Positions 8,315-16,836 of a stretch of 23,486 nucleotides of DNA are shown one piece after another. Each line of letters begins with the position of its first letter. The first letter of the stretch is position 1. Location of the stretch: positions 1-23,486 of the forward strand of contig JAYZEG010000055.1 of assembly GCA_036337435.1 (NCBI GenBank), in the 5' to 3' direction. The notes beneath the pieces were generated by a model, which was given only the letters and a program-made list of their open reading frames with translations, was not told the origin of the DNA and searched no databases. A program made the position numbers and the translations under genes. This DNA comes from Myxococcota bacterium. Lineage in GTDB: Bacteria; Myxococcota_A; Bradymonadia; UBA7976; UBA1532.

Positions 8315-10654
8315 TCAGCTGACAGAGTGCTTCGCAGGTGCGGGTGACTCACCCCGCATGAGCAGTGCAGGCAAAAGCGTCAGGTCTGTTAATAACGCGA
8401 GACTTAAAATGACCGCGACAAACAATCCGAATGCCTGATTTGGTAAGAATATAGCGAACATAAACGCCCCAAACCCGACGACCAAGACGATGGTCGTGAT
8501 CATCAGTGCCGGAACCGTGTGGGTAAAAATGCCAGCGATGGCTTCTCTCGGGGTACGACCCTCTCGTGTGAGCCGCGCATAGTCGGACATGAAATGGACG
8601 GTGTCATCAACGGCAATACCCAAGCAGAAGCTGAATGAGAGGACCGTACCCATATCTAAATCATGTCCAATACTTTTTATCAGGGCTGCACCGAGCAAAA
8701 GCGGAAAAACATTGGGTAGCATGGCCAGTAGACCGAGCTTAAATGACCGAAAGACCACGATCATGAGAATGCTCATGAGCACCACAGCAATGGAAATAGA
8801 CGTCACGAACGTTTTGACAACGTAGGGGTTCATTCGCTGCCAGAGTTGAAATTTTCCAGTCACGTGACCTGCCAGACCCATGGACGAGAGTTTCTCTTCG
8901 ATTAAATCAATTTTGGCCAACACGGTCGCGGAGTCGTGAATGTTCCATGCCGAGGTGATTCGAATGGCATCGTTTTTCACACTGACCCGGTCGTTGACAT
9001 CCATCCCCTGCGGTAGGCTCATACGATACAGCTCAAACTGTTGCGCGATTGCATTTCGGCTTTCGGGCAGCTTGTAAAACGACTGTTTCTCTGCATGAAG
9101 GGAACGGTTCATTGCTTTGAGGATATCCACCAAGGAGTTGTTGCTGGTGACATAGGGCTCTTCCTCTAACCAGTTCTGAAAGGCCTCAACTTTTCGGAGG
9201 AATTCCGGGTCTTTGAAACCTTCTGATTTGCCGCTATCGACTACCAGCTCCACGGTGGTCGCACCACCTACCTTTTCTTCTAAAAACTTGGTTGCAATGT
9301 TCATGTCGCTGTCGTCTCTGAAATACTCGAATGGATCCGAGTTCACTTTCGTTTGCGATGCGAGATAGACTGTCCCGACGGCGATCAATGCGAAGATGCC
9401 CAGGATGACACGCCTCACACCCAAAAGACGGTCCGTTTGCTGAAGCGCGAAGGGCGTGATGCTCTGCAGATCAACGGTTGTTTGGTCCGCGTCGCCCGCT
9501 TTAATGGGCACCAAAACCAGAAGTGGACCAAGGACAAAATAAGTAAAGTACCAGGCCAATAGAGTGCCGAGCCCTGCCATCGTGCCAAGTTGTCCTATGG
9601 GAACAACGGCAGCCTGCGAGAAACTGAAGAAGCCGATGGCTGTAGACACGCTGGTGAGCAAGGTTGGCACGTAGTTCTTCTCTAGGGAATAGCGAGCACT
9701 GACCTTCCGGTTTGCGCCTTTCTTAATGGCTCGAAAGTAGGAGACCAGGATGTGCACTGCGTCAGCGACGGCAATGGCGACCAGGATTTGCGGCACGATG
9801 GAGGTCATGTTGTTGATGGAGTAACCAAGCCACCCACCAATCCCCATGGCTGCCGCCACCGAGGTGCCAATCACCACGATGGGAAAGAGAACGCCACTCG
9901 GCCGTCGAAACATAATCAGCAAGAACAGCAAGGTCAGGCCGAAGACAACTGGAAAAATTGTCGAAATATCCGCCTCTGCCGCTTCTTTGAAGCTGTGATT
10001 AATGGCCGGGCCACCCGTGATCATAATTTTGTGATCACCGCGGGTCATCTCCCTTGCGAGGTCGCGCAGTCCCTTGCGACGGCTGCCATCAGCATTGTCT
10101 ACACCGACCAGAAAACCTTCGTAGTCAGGCGACCCTCCAAAAGTCGGTTTGATGGTGATGTACATCAGGGCCGCGGTCCCATCTTTGCTGATCATGTAAT
10201 TTGGGAGCGTCTCGTGGGCGAGTACAACCTTTCTACGCGCCGACAAAAAACGGTCGGTCAGTTCAACATCGTCTGGGAAAATCGGTTCGATGAGTAGTTC
10301 GTCGCCATCGGCATGGACCCAATTGAAGTTGGCAAGGCTATCGACCCGCATTGAGTAGGGAAGTTGCCAGGCTTTCTCGGTCATCTCGATCAAGAGTTGG
10401 GCACTGTCTTTGTCGAAAATACCCGATGGGCTGTGAATAATCACGACCGCGCGGTCATCGTTACCGAAGCGCCGTTCGAAGGTGTCAAATTCGACGATCA
10501 GCGGGTCGCCTTCGTTAAACCATACGCGGTAACTAAAATCAGGGGCTAATGTCTTTGCACCGAACGCGCATCCGAAGAAAACCCCCAGGCCTAAGAGGAG
10601 GCTCAAAAAGGGCCGGTTGATGATCAAGTTAATGATGCGTTGCTTTATAGTCAT
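8315..10654 (-). CDS. MMPL/RND-superfamily inner-membrane transporter
   Basis: Two repeats of 1 TM, a periplasmic loop and 5 TM, with AIAVADAVHIL and GIAVDDTVHF motifs. Start moved to ATG 10654 (MTIKQR), just after the stop of the upstream gene. Confidence 0.92.
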   Translation of the reverse strand: MTIKQRIINLIINRPFLSLLLGLGVFFGCAFGAKTLAPDFSYRVWFNEGDPLIVEFDTFERRFGNDDRAVVIIHSPSGIFDKDSAQLLIEMTEKAWQLPYSMRVDSLANFNWVHADGDELLIEPIFPDDVELTDRFLSARRKVVLAHETLPNYMISKDGTAALMYITIKPTFGGSPDYEGFLVGVDNADGSRRKGLRDLAREMTRGDHKIMITGGPAINHSFKEAAEADISTIFPVVFGLTLLFLLIMFRRPSGVLFPIVVIGTSVAAAMGIGGWLGYSINNMTSIVPQILVAIAVADAVHILVSYFRAIKKGANRKVSARYSLEKNYVPTLLTSVSTAIGFFSFSQAAVVPIGQLGTMAGLGTLLAWYFTYFVLGPLLVLVPIKAGDADQTTVDLQSITPFALQQTDRLLGVRRVILGIFALIAVGTVYLASQTKVNSDPFEYFRDDSDMNIATKFLEEKVGGATTVELVVDSGKSEGFKDPEFLRKVEAFQNWLEEEPYVTSNNSLVDILKAMNRSLHAEKQSFYKLPESRNAIAQQFELYRMSLPQGMDVNDRVSVKNDAIRITSAWNIHDSATVLAKIDLIEEKLSSMGLAGHVTGKFQLWQRMNPYVVKTFVTSISIAVVLMSILMIVVFRSFKLGLLAMLPNVFPLLLGAALIKSIGHDLDMGTVLSFSFCLGIAVDDTVHFMSDYARLTREGRTPREAIAGIFTHTVPALMITTIVLVVGFGAFMFAIFLPNQAFGLFVAVILSLALLTDLTLLPALLMRGESPAPAKHSVS

Positions 10655-10671
10655 ACGAATCGCCGTATCAA

Positions 10672-11922
10672 TTAGAAATATCGAGTGATGTCGAGTTGTG
10701 CTGAGTACAAGTTGTGATACGCGTTGAGGAGGCTGGTCTGTTCCGGTGCACGGATGGCCCTCATACCCAACTTGGCTCGCCAAACATCAGAAATGCGTCT
10801 GGACAGACTCAACGTTCCAAGAAACTCGCTGGCCCGTTGAAGATCGAAAATCGCACCCAGCATCATTTCGGTTCCAGCCGTATCATTCCACGTATGTCGA
10901 TAGCCGATCAGACCGTCCCGCTGGAAGGGACCAAGTTGGGACATCTCGCTTGCGGATGAATCCGCAGTCACCGCAAACTGGCTCTCAAGAATCAAGGTTC
11001 CTTCATGGCCAAGCTGGTACCCCCAACCCCATTCTGCTCCCACTGCGACGGCCGTATGATCGACCGGTAAATCGCGAACGACCAGCCGCCGTGGCCCGCT
11101 CATTAGTTCGTCGAACATGCGGTGGTCGACTTCGAGTTTCATGAGCCATTCCCCAATCGCTTGGGTGTACGTCAGGCCCAGCCTGTCGACACGACCATAG
11201 ACCGGCTGGACAAGGCCGGTTTGCGGATCGGCAACGATTGCCGGCTGCGTTCGGTCGTTATGCTGGACGACATGGACAGCAAAATCTGCAGACCCAATGG
11301 TTTGATCCAATCGTAGAGCCCACTGTGCGCCCCAACTCTCGCTGCTTAGAGTGCCTGTTGGTGTCATCCACAAACCGTCGCCGAGAGCCGCCCCTTCGGT
11401 TAAATTAAGCCGCGACCGTTGGCCCGGAAAGAGCGGAGAGATGCGAATGGGCATCGCGTAAGCTGTGAGTCCGCCGTTGAGAAACCTCAGGCGAATCGAT
11501 GCGATGGGTTCACCGAGCTTCTCGGCGTTTTCAAAGTCGCTGTCCAAATTTCGACTGTTGATAATATCTGCTGGGTGAAACGCTTCGGTTGCTGTCCAGT
11601 TTAGAACCTGTGGGCCTACTTTAAATTCGAGATAAGGGTTTTTGTAGCCGACCCATGCATCTTTGAAGAACACCACCGAGCGGTCCTCGTCGAAGGCAGC
11701 GACGCGGCCGAATAAACGGACTTGATGCCGAACCGGGCCGTGTCGTCCTCGCGATTCGAGTTCGGTTGCGAGGGCCAAGCCTTGGTCTTTGGTCAATGTG
11801 TCTGAATCCGGACTAAACACTCGGCTGCTGAGTACGATCTCACCACGGCTGGAGACCTTTGACCAACTCGCTGAGGACAGTCCAAGGAGGCCCAAGAGGA
11901 CGATATAAACGGGTGCCGGCAT
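10672..11922 (-). CDS. Putative outer-membrane beta-barrel protein associated with the MMPL/LolA-like operon
   Basis: Signal peptide from ATG 11922 (MPAPVYIVLLGLLGLSSASWS), amphipathic strands, GPQVLNW...FHPADIIN motif and C-terminal LDITRYF ending in an aromatic residue. Confidence 0.75.
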   Translation of the reverse strand: MPAPVYIVLLGLLGLSSASWSKVSSRGEIVLSSRVFSPDSDTLTKDQGLALATELESRGRHGPVRHQVRLFGRVAAFDEDRSVVFFKDAWVGYKNPYLEFKVGPQVLNWTATEAFHPADIINSRNLDSDFENAEKLGEPIASIRLRFLNGGLTAYAMPIRISPLFPGQRSRLNLTEGAALGDGLWMTPTGTLSSESWGAQWALRLDQTIGSADFAVHVVQHNDRTQPAIVADPQTGLVQPVYGRVDRLGLTYTQAIGEWLMKLEVDHRMFDELMSGPRRLVVRDLPVDHTAVAVGAEWGWGYQLGHEGTLILESQFAVTADSSASEMSQLGPFQRDGLIGYRHTWNDTAGTEMMLGAIFDLQRASEFLGTLSLSRRISDVWRAKLGMRAIRAPEQTSLLNAYHNLYSAQLDITRYF

Positions 11923-11926
11923 TTGC

Positions 11927-12709
11927 TCAGAGGTCCTGAAGACTGTCCTTGCTGAAATCATCGGCGTCTACGGTGGCGCCCAGTTTTCGGCCGGACCATT
12001 CGAGGATGGACTTTTTCCGCGTCTGGTGATTGAAGGCTTCGATTTTATCCGCTCTCCAGTACGCCCCATGTTGATTAAAGCCGGTAAAGCTAAAGGTTTT
12101 CAGGAGTTCATTTTTTCTGTCGTAGAAGTCGATCTTGATGGCCTGGCCATAGGTCGTGTCCATCCACACGATCTGCTTGCTATATCCACTTTTTCGATCG
12201 ACGGGTATTCGTTCGATGACCTGCGTCGTTCTGCCACTGAGTGGTTCGTCTCGGAGATACCGGTAGGTGTACTTCTCGATTTCTTGGCTACCAATGTCTT
12301 CGTACGCAAATTCGCTGCCCATAAATGAACCGGACTTGTTTCGCGAGCTGATCCGTTTGACGCGCTTGAGGGAGGGCAAGTAAAGCCATTGGTCGTCATT
12401 GGCCTTCTTGTGGGTCCAGGTAAGCATCCGTGTCTCCTTCACGTCCGCTGGCCATAGGAAGGTGATGATCGACTTGTCGCCGTCAGCAGTGCCTTCGAGG
12501 ACTTTGCTACTCATTTTTCGCTCGGTTCTATCGCCGTGCGCATTGATGAGAAGCATTTTCATTTCCGACGTTTCTGACTTGAACCCAGAATTTTTGGTGT
12601 CTGCATCTTTGGCAATTTTTAGACCCTTGGCAGCCGCCTCGAGGTCGTCAGCCCAGGCTGGGGATGCCAGGCAAAAAAGCAGTACATGAACAATAAACCG
12701 CGTCAACAT
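11927..12709 (-). CDS. Outer membrane lipoprotein-sorting protein (LolA-like family)
   Basis: Signal peptide ending ASPAWA; motifs DKSIITFLWPADVK, DDQWLYLPSLKRVKRISS and FMGSEFAYED; RBS AAGGA. Confidence 0.92.
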   Translation of the reverse strand: MLTRFIVHVLLFCLASPAWADDLEAAAKGLKIAKDADTKNSGFKSETSEMKMLLINAHGDRTERKMSSKVLEGTADGDKSIITFLWPADVKETRMLTWTHKKANDDQWLYLPSLKRVKRISSRNKSGSFMGSEFAYEDIGSQEIEKYTYRYLRDEPLSGRTTQVIERIPVDRKSGYSKQIVWMDTTYGQAIKIDFYDRKNELLKTFSFTGFNQHGAYWRADKIEAFNHQTRKKSILEWSGRKLGATVDADDFSKDSLQDL

Positions 12710-13057
12710 CGTGTGTATCCTTTTGTCGGTGGGGACATGTCTGTGACCGGCCTCGGCCGGGCGTATGAAACCAATTGATGAGTCAACTCAGAGTCGTCAA
12801 CATCTCGCGCAACATGTTTTGAATACACAAAAAAGCCCATCGACGAAACCAAGAAATGCCAGTGGATGCTGGACGATATAGGTAGGTCACAGACATTTCA
12901 TGTGAATTGGTGTGTCTGCCACGCCGGTCGTCATTGGTTTGTCAGGCGAGGATTTCATATTGACTCGCTGAGTTTTACTCTTCTAGGTCAGTTTTTTGTG
13001 GCCGAGCATCTCGTGGTTCGTCATTGTCGAGTGGCTCAATGTTGATTTGGAATTGAG

Positions 13058-14191
13058 ATGACAAACCGCTCTCTACTGACTGTCCCAACGCCAGCGGCCC
13101 TCATCGAACGGTCTCGGGTCATCGCGAACTCAGACTATATGGCGGCTCGTGCGCATCAGCTGGGGGTGTCTCTTCGCCCCCACGTAAAGACCCATAAATG
13201 CGTTGAAGTCGCCCGAATGCAGGTGGCAGAACATTTTGGGGGAATTACTGTCTCCACTCTGGCAGAGGTGGAGACCTTTGGCCGTGCTGGATTTCAAGAC
13301 GTGACGTACGCCGTGCCTCTCGCGCCTACAAGAGCGAAACGCGTGGTCGATTTAAGTCGGGATATCGCCAGTCTGCACGTACTCGTGGACCACCCTGCTG
13401 CGGTCGCCGCCTTAGCAAACGCGGCGGCTGGTTCACCGGCAAAAATCTCGGTTTTTATCAAAATTGACTGCGGATATGGGCGCGCTGGATTGCAACCGGA
13501 TGATCCAGGGCTTGTTGAACTTGCCTGGTCGATTCAACGGGAGCCGACACTCCGTTTGGCGGGCGTACTTGCACACGGAGGCCATTCCTATGACTGCACC
13601 AATGCTGATGGCATCAAAGTGGTGGCTGAATCGGAACGGGCGGAGACCGTACGAGCTGCCAATATTTTACGCCGTGCGGGCGTCCCAATTGACGTCGTCA
13701 GCGTCGGCTCTACGCCCACGGCATGCCATGTAGACGACCTGACTGGCGTGACCGAGATGCGGCCCGGTAATTACGCTCTTTTTGATTTGTACCAGGCTCA
13801 GATTGGGACCTGTCGACCCGACCAGATTGCCTTATCTGTCCTGACCGAGGTGATTGGTGTTTACCCAGCTCGAAACCTCATTTTGGTGGACGCAGGTGCT
13901 CTTGCTCTCTCAAAAGATGCGGGTGCGACACATGTGGATGGTCCGTCGGGTTATGGTCTTGTTTGCGACCTGAATTTAAAGCCTATCTCCGGCTTATCCT
14001 TGACCGCTTTATCACAAGAACATGGTAAAATTACTGTGGACGAACAGAGTGTCGATGAGTGGCCAAAGCCGGGTCAAAGACTGCGCATTCTGCCGAATCA
14101 CAGCTGTCTTGTTACGGCCCTGTATGACTCGCTTTTGGTCATTGACGCCGGGGCTGTGGTCGATACCTGGCATCCTGTTCGGGGGTGGTGA
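13058..14191 (+). CDS. PLP-dependent fold-type III enzyme, D-serine dehydratase (DSD1) / D-threonine aldolase family
   Basis: LRPHVKTHK (PLP lysine), IDCGYGRAG, VSVGSTP, EMRPGNY, LSQEHG and ILPNHSC (His/Cys metal ligands). Confidence 0.9.
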   Translation: MTNRSLLTVPTPAALIERSRVIANSDYMAARAHQLGVSLRPHVKTHKCVEVARMQVAEHFGGITVSTLAEVETFGRAGFQDVTYAVPLAPTRAKRVVDLSRDIASLHVLVDHPAAVAALANAAAGSPAKISVFIKIDCGYGRAGLQPDDPGLVELAWSIQREPTLRLAGVLAHGGHSYDCTNADGIKVVAESERAETVRAANILRRAGVPIDVVSVGSTPTACHVDDLTGVTEMRPGNYALFDLYQAQIGTCRPDQIALSVLTEVIGVYPARNLILVDAGALALSKDAGATHVDGPSGYGLVCDLNLKPISGLSLTALSQEHGKITVDEQSVDEWPKPGQRLRILPNHSCLVTALYDSLLVIDAGAVVDTWHPVRGW

Positions 14192-15009
14192 CGGTGTTGA
14201 CCTATCTGGTCCGTGTGCTCCGGTTTCACCTGAGGGGTCCATTCGTGTCGTTTATCTGGCTGTTCGTCGGGCTCAGCCTGGCCCAGGCCTGTCCGGATAT
14301 CGTACTTAAAAGTAAGATCTACAAGCAGTCAGGCCCGACCTGTATGGTATCCGCAGCGATCACTGCGCTCGGCGCGAGGACTGAACCACCTCGTCTCTCT
14401 GACATCGCCCGCAATATCCCCATTTGGAAAGATGGTGTTCATGCCTATGATTTACTGGTCGAATTGGAGCGTCGTGGCTGGCGCGGTTTAGTATTCACAG
14501 GTCCGCCTGAAGCGGCCGCTCGTTTGGTGGAAGTGGGCTTTGCTGTGATTGCAGTCATTCAAGGGACACGGGGCCGTCATGCGGTGACGGTGACTGGTCG
14601 TCGGCGAACCAGAGATTCATTCGGGGCTTGCACTCGCAGCCTTGAGGCCCTTCAAATTGTTGATTCGTCCTCTGGTCGAAAGCATTGGATGACAGCGAAG
14701 GCGTTCGCGAAAGTGCAATCGAATCAGCAGTTACTGGTCTTCTTCATGCCGAGTGAACGGCGCATTTTGAAGGCGAGCCGTTTTCCATTGGATATCGCGG
14801 AGCGAGTGGATAGACGGTTTCGGGCTCAAGAACTCTATTTGCGGGCAAAGAAGCACAAGAGGCCTAACCGACAAATGTTAACCTTGTTGCATCGAGCAGT
14901 TCGAGCCGATCCGTGCCACCCACGCGCTCGGGCCATGTATCATCGAATCGCCCACGAGTTGGACAAACGCCACGACCCCATCCCCGCCTGCCAATCTGGT
15001 GACCCCTGA
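14188..15009 (+). CDS. Exported protein with a peptidase C39-like (papain-fold) domain and a helical/TPR-like C-terminus
   Basis: GTG at 14188 overlaps the upstream TGA (GTGA). Hydrophobic N-terminal segment. YKQSGPTCMVSA (Q...C), GRHAVTVTG (H) and LQIVDS (D) appear in C39 order. Confidence 0.65.
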   Translation: MTVLTYLVRVLRFHLRGPFVSFIWLFVGLSLAQACPDIVLKSKIYKQSGPTCMVSAAITALGARTEPPRLSDIARNIPIWKDGVHAYDLLVELERRGWRGLVFTGPPEAAARLVEVGFAVIAVIQGTRGRHAVTVTGRRRTRDSFGACTRSLEALQIVDSSSGRKHWMTAKAFAKVQSNQQLLVFFMPSERRILKASRFPLDIAERVDRRFRAQELYLRAKKHKRPNRQMLTLLHRAVRADPCHPRARAMYHRIAHELDKRHDPIPACQSGDP

Positions 15010-15146
15010 ATCGGCCAAGAAACCGCTTCATAGGGCGGCACCCGAAAAATCAACATGACCATTGACCTTTCGTCTACGTCGTAATAAATCGCCCATCCGG
15101 TAGATAACTTGCGTCACTCGAGTCAAAGCATAGCAGGGAGTTTAGG

Positions 15147-16115
15147 ATGCCAACGCAATTGCCCACGGCCCACATTTTATACGAGAACCCAGCATGGCTG
15201 CCTCCTCTGACCGATGCGTTGGAAGCTGAGGGATTCCCGATTAATTTGGTCAAGCTCGATGAGGGACTGGTCGACCCAGCCCACGTCCCAGATGATGGGA
15301 TTTGGATCAATCGAATCAGCCCATCGTCCCATACCCGGGGTCATCACGGCAGTGTAGAACTAACACGCGAGGTTCTCTTTTGGTTAGAGCTTAATGGGCG
15401 CAGGGTCATTAACGGATTGAAGGCCTTTGAATTTGAGATGAGTAAGCTCCGCCAAGACCTCGTGTTGAATCGCTATGGAATTCGGACACCGAGGACGGTT
15501 CTTGCTGTTGGGCGAGATGCAATTGTCAAAGCGGCCCGCGCGTTCGACGGCCCCTTTATTACCAAGCACAATCAGGGGGGAAAGGGGCTCGGTATACAAC
15601 TCTTTCATGGGGCTGCTGCATTGGAACGATACCTAGATAGTGGCGAGTTCGACCCAGGGCCTGGTGGAAAGATTATTCTCCAGCAATACATCGAGGCAGC
15701 CGAACCATTTATCACTCGGGTCGAGATCGCTGGTGGCCGCTTTCTTTTCGCCATGCGCAGCAACACGGAACAAGGTTTTGAGTTGTGTCCGTCGGATGCT
15801 TGCCAGCTGCCCGCCGACGGTGCGATTTGTCCAGCAGATGGGTCATCGAGCAAGTTCTCAAAATCGCCCATTACCGAAGATGACCCCCTGGTTCAAAAAT
15901 ACATTAAATTGATGGAGGGTGAGGGGATCGAAGTTGCCGGCATCGAGTTTATTGAGGATGCAGAGGGCCATCGATATACCTACGACATTAATGGAACCAC
16001 AAATTACAGCGGCGTTCTCGCTGACGTGACCGGAATCGAGGGCATGAAAGAAGTTGCCCGTTGGCTAAAGCTCGATGTGGTTCCGAAAGTGGTCGTCGCG
16101 CAGCCGACTCTCTAG
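15147..16115 (+). CDS. ATP-grasp ligase, RimK / glutathione synthase-like
   Basis: Motifs INRISPS, RRVING, SKLRQ, PFITKHNQGGKGLGIQL, ILQQYI, GIEFIED and YDINGTTNY; RBS GGGAG. Confidence 0.88.
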   Translation: MPTQLPTAHILYENPAWLPPLTDALEAEGFPINLVKLDEGLVDPAHVPDDGIWINRISPSSHTRGHHGSVELTREVLFWLELNGRRVINGLKAFEFEMSKLRQDLVLNRYGIRTPRTVLAVGRDAIVKAARAFDGPFITKHNQGGKGLGIQLFHGAAALERYLDSGEFDPGPGGKIILQQYIEAAEPFITRVEIAGGRFLFAMRSNTEQGFELCPSDACQLPADGAICPADGSSSKFSKSPITEDDPLVQKYIKLMEGEGIEVAGIEFIEDAEGHRYTYDINGTTNYSGVLADVTGIEGMKEVARWLKLDVVPKVVVAQPTL

Positions 16116-16206
16116 GGTTCAATAAACGCAACAAATTTCCAAGGTCTTGCCAGTCTGTGGGCTATCGGTCACCATGGGACGTCTGGGTCAGTGATTGGGA
16201 CGTGAC

Positions 16207-16629
16207 ATGTTGTTTTCTGTGGCTTTGCACGGTGTTTTGGGTTTGATGGCGCTACCCCCGCTCAGCGCGGCGGACTTGAGGGCCGATGCTCAGATTATCG
16301 TGACCGGCGCCGTCGTATCGGAATTTGACCGAGTTGTCTCAATTGGCCAAGACAATACGGCGTCCAATCGGGAGCTTATTCTTGTGGTACGGGTCGATAC
16401 GTTGGAGAAGGGGACAGGGCTTCGTGTAGGCCAGCACGTCTATATTCACGCTTGGGAAGCGGCCCGCCGACCGTCTGGCTGGGTTGGCGATGGTGGCCAT
16501 CGCAACTTACCCAGCGAAGGCAAGACAGCGCGCTTTTACCTCAGGCAAAGCGCCGACGGGCGGCTCTCACTGCTCAGCCCGAACGGATCGGAGTTAATCG
16601 ATTCCCATGTGCCGAAATCGTCTCGCTGA
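16207..16629 (+). CDS. Small exported hypothetical protein (possible OB/TIMP-like beta fold)
   Basis: ATG at 16207 with hydrophobic N-terminus; ADAQIIVTGAV...VRVDTLEKG...P..GKTARFYL pattern. Confidence 0.7.
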   Translation: MLFSVALHGVLGLMALPPLSAADLRADAQIIVTGAVVSEFDRVVSIGQDNTASNRELILVVRVDTLEKGTGLRVGQHVYIHAWEAARRPSGWVGDGGHRNLPSEGKTARFYLRQSADGRLSLLSPNGSELIDSHVPKSSR

Positions 16630-16836
16630 TGTCGCTGTGATCGCTCCATTGGCAAAGCCCTTTTTGTTTGCTCTCTAAGGATTCGCTGAATTAAGCCGAT
16701 CAGGCGCGGTTTGAACCCGTTTATTTGGCGGCAAGAGGTTTGTCGTGTGAGGATTTTCAAAAGGAACTTGCTCGGTGGGTGATGCAACCCATATTCTCGT
16801 GACCATTCGCTGAGCTGACAAGAGTGCGAGGTCATT

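Noticed and set aside
10655..10783. Extended N-terminus of the MMPL ORF
   Set aside because: It overlaps the upstream gene by more than 100 bp; ATG 10654 gives a typical MMPL start.
16630..16836. Possible RiPP precursor upstream of the PqqD-fused methyltransferase
   Set aside because: The plus-strand ATGs open only 3-6 codon ORFs, and the longer ORFs are antisense overlaps without leader features.
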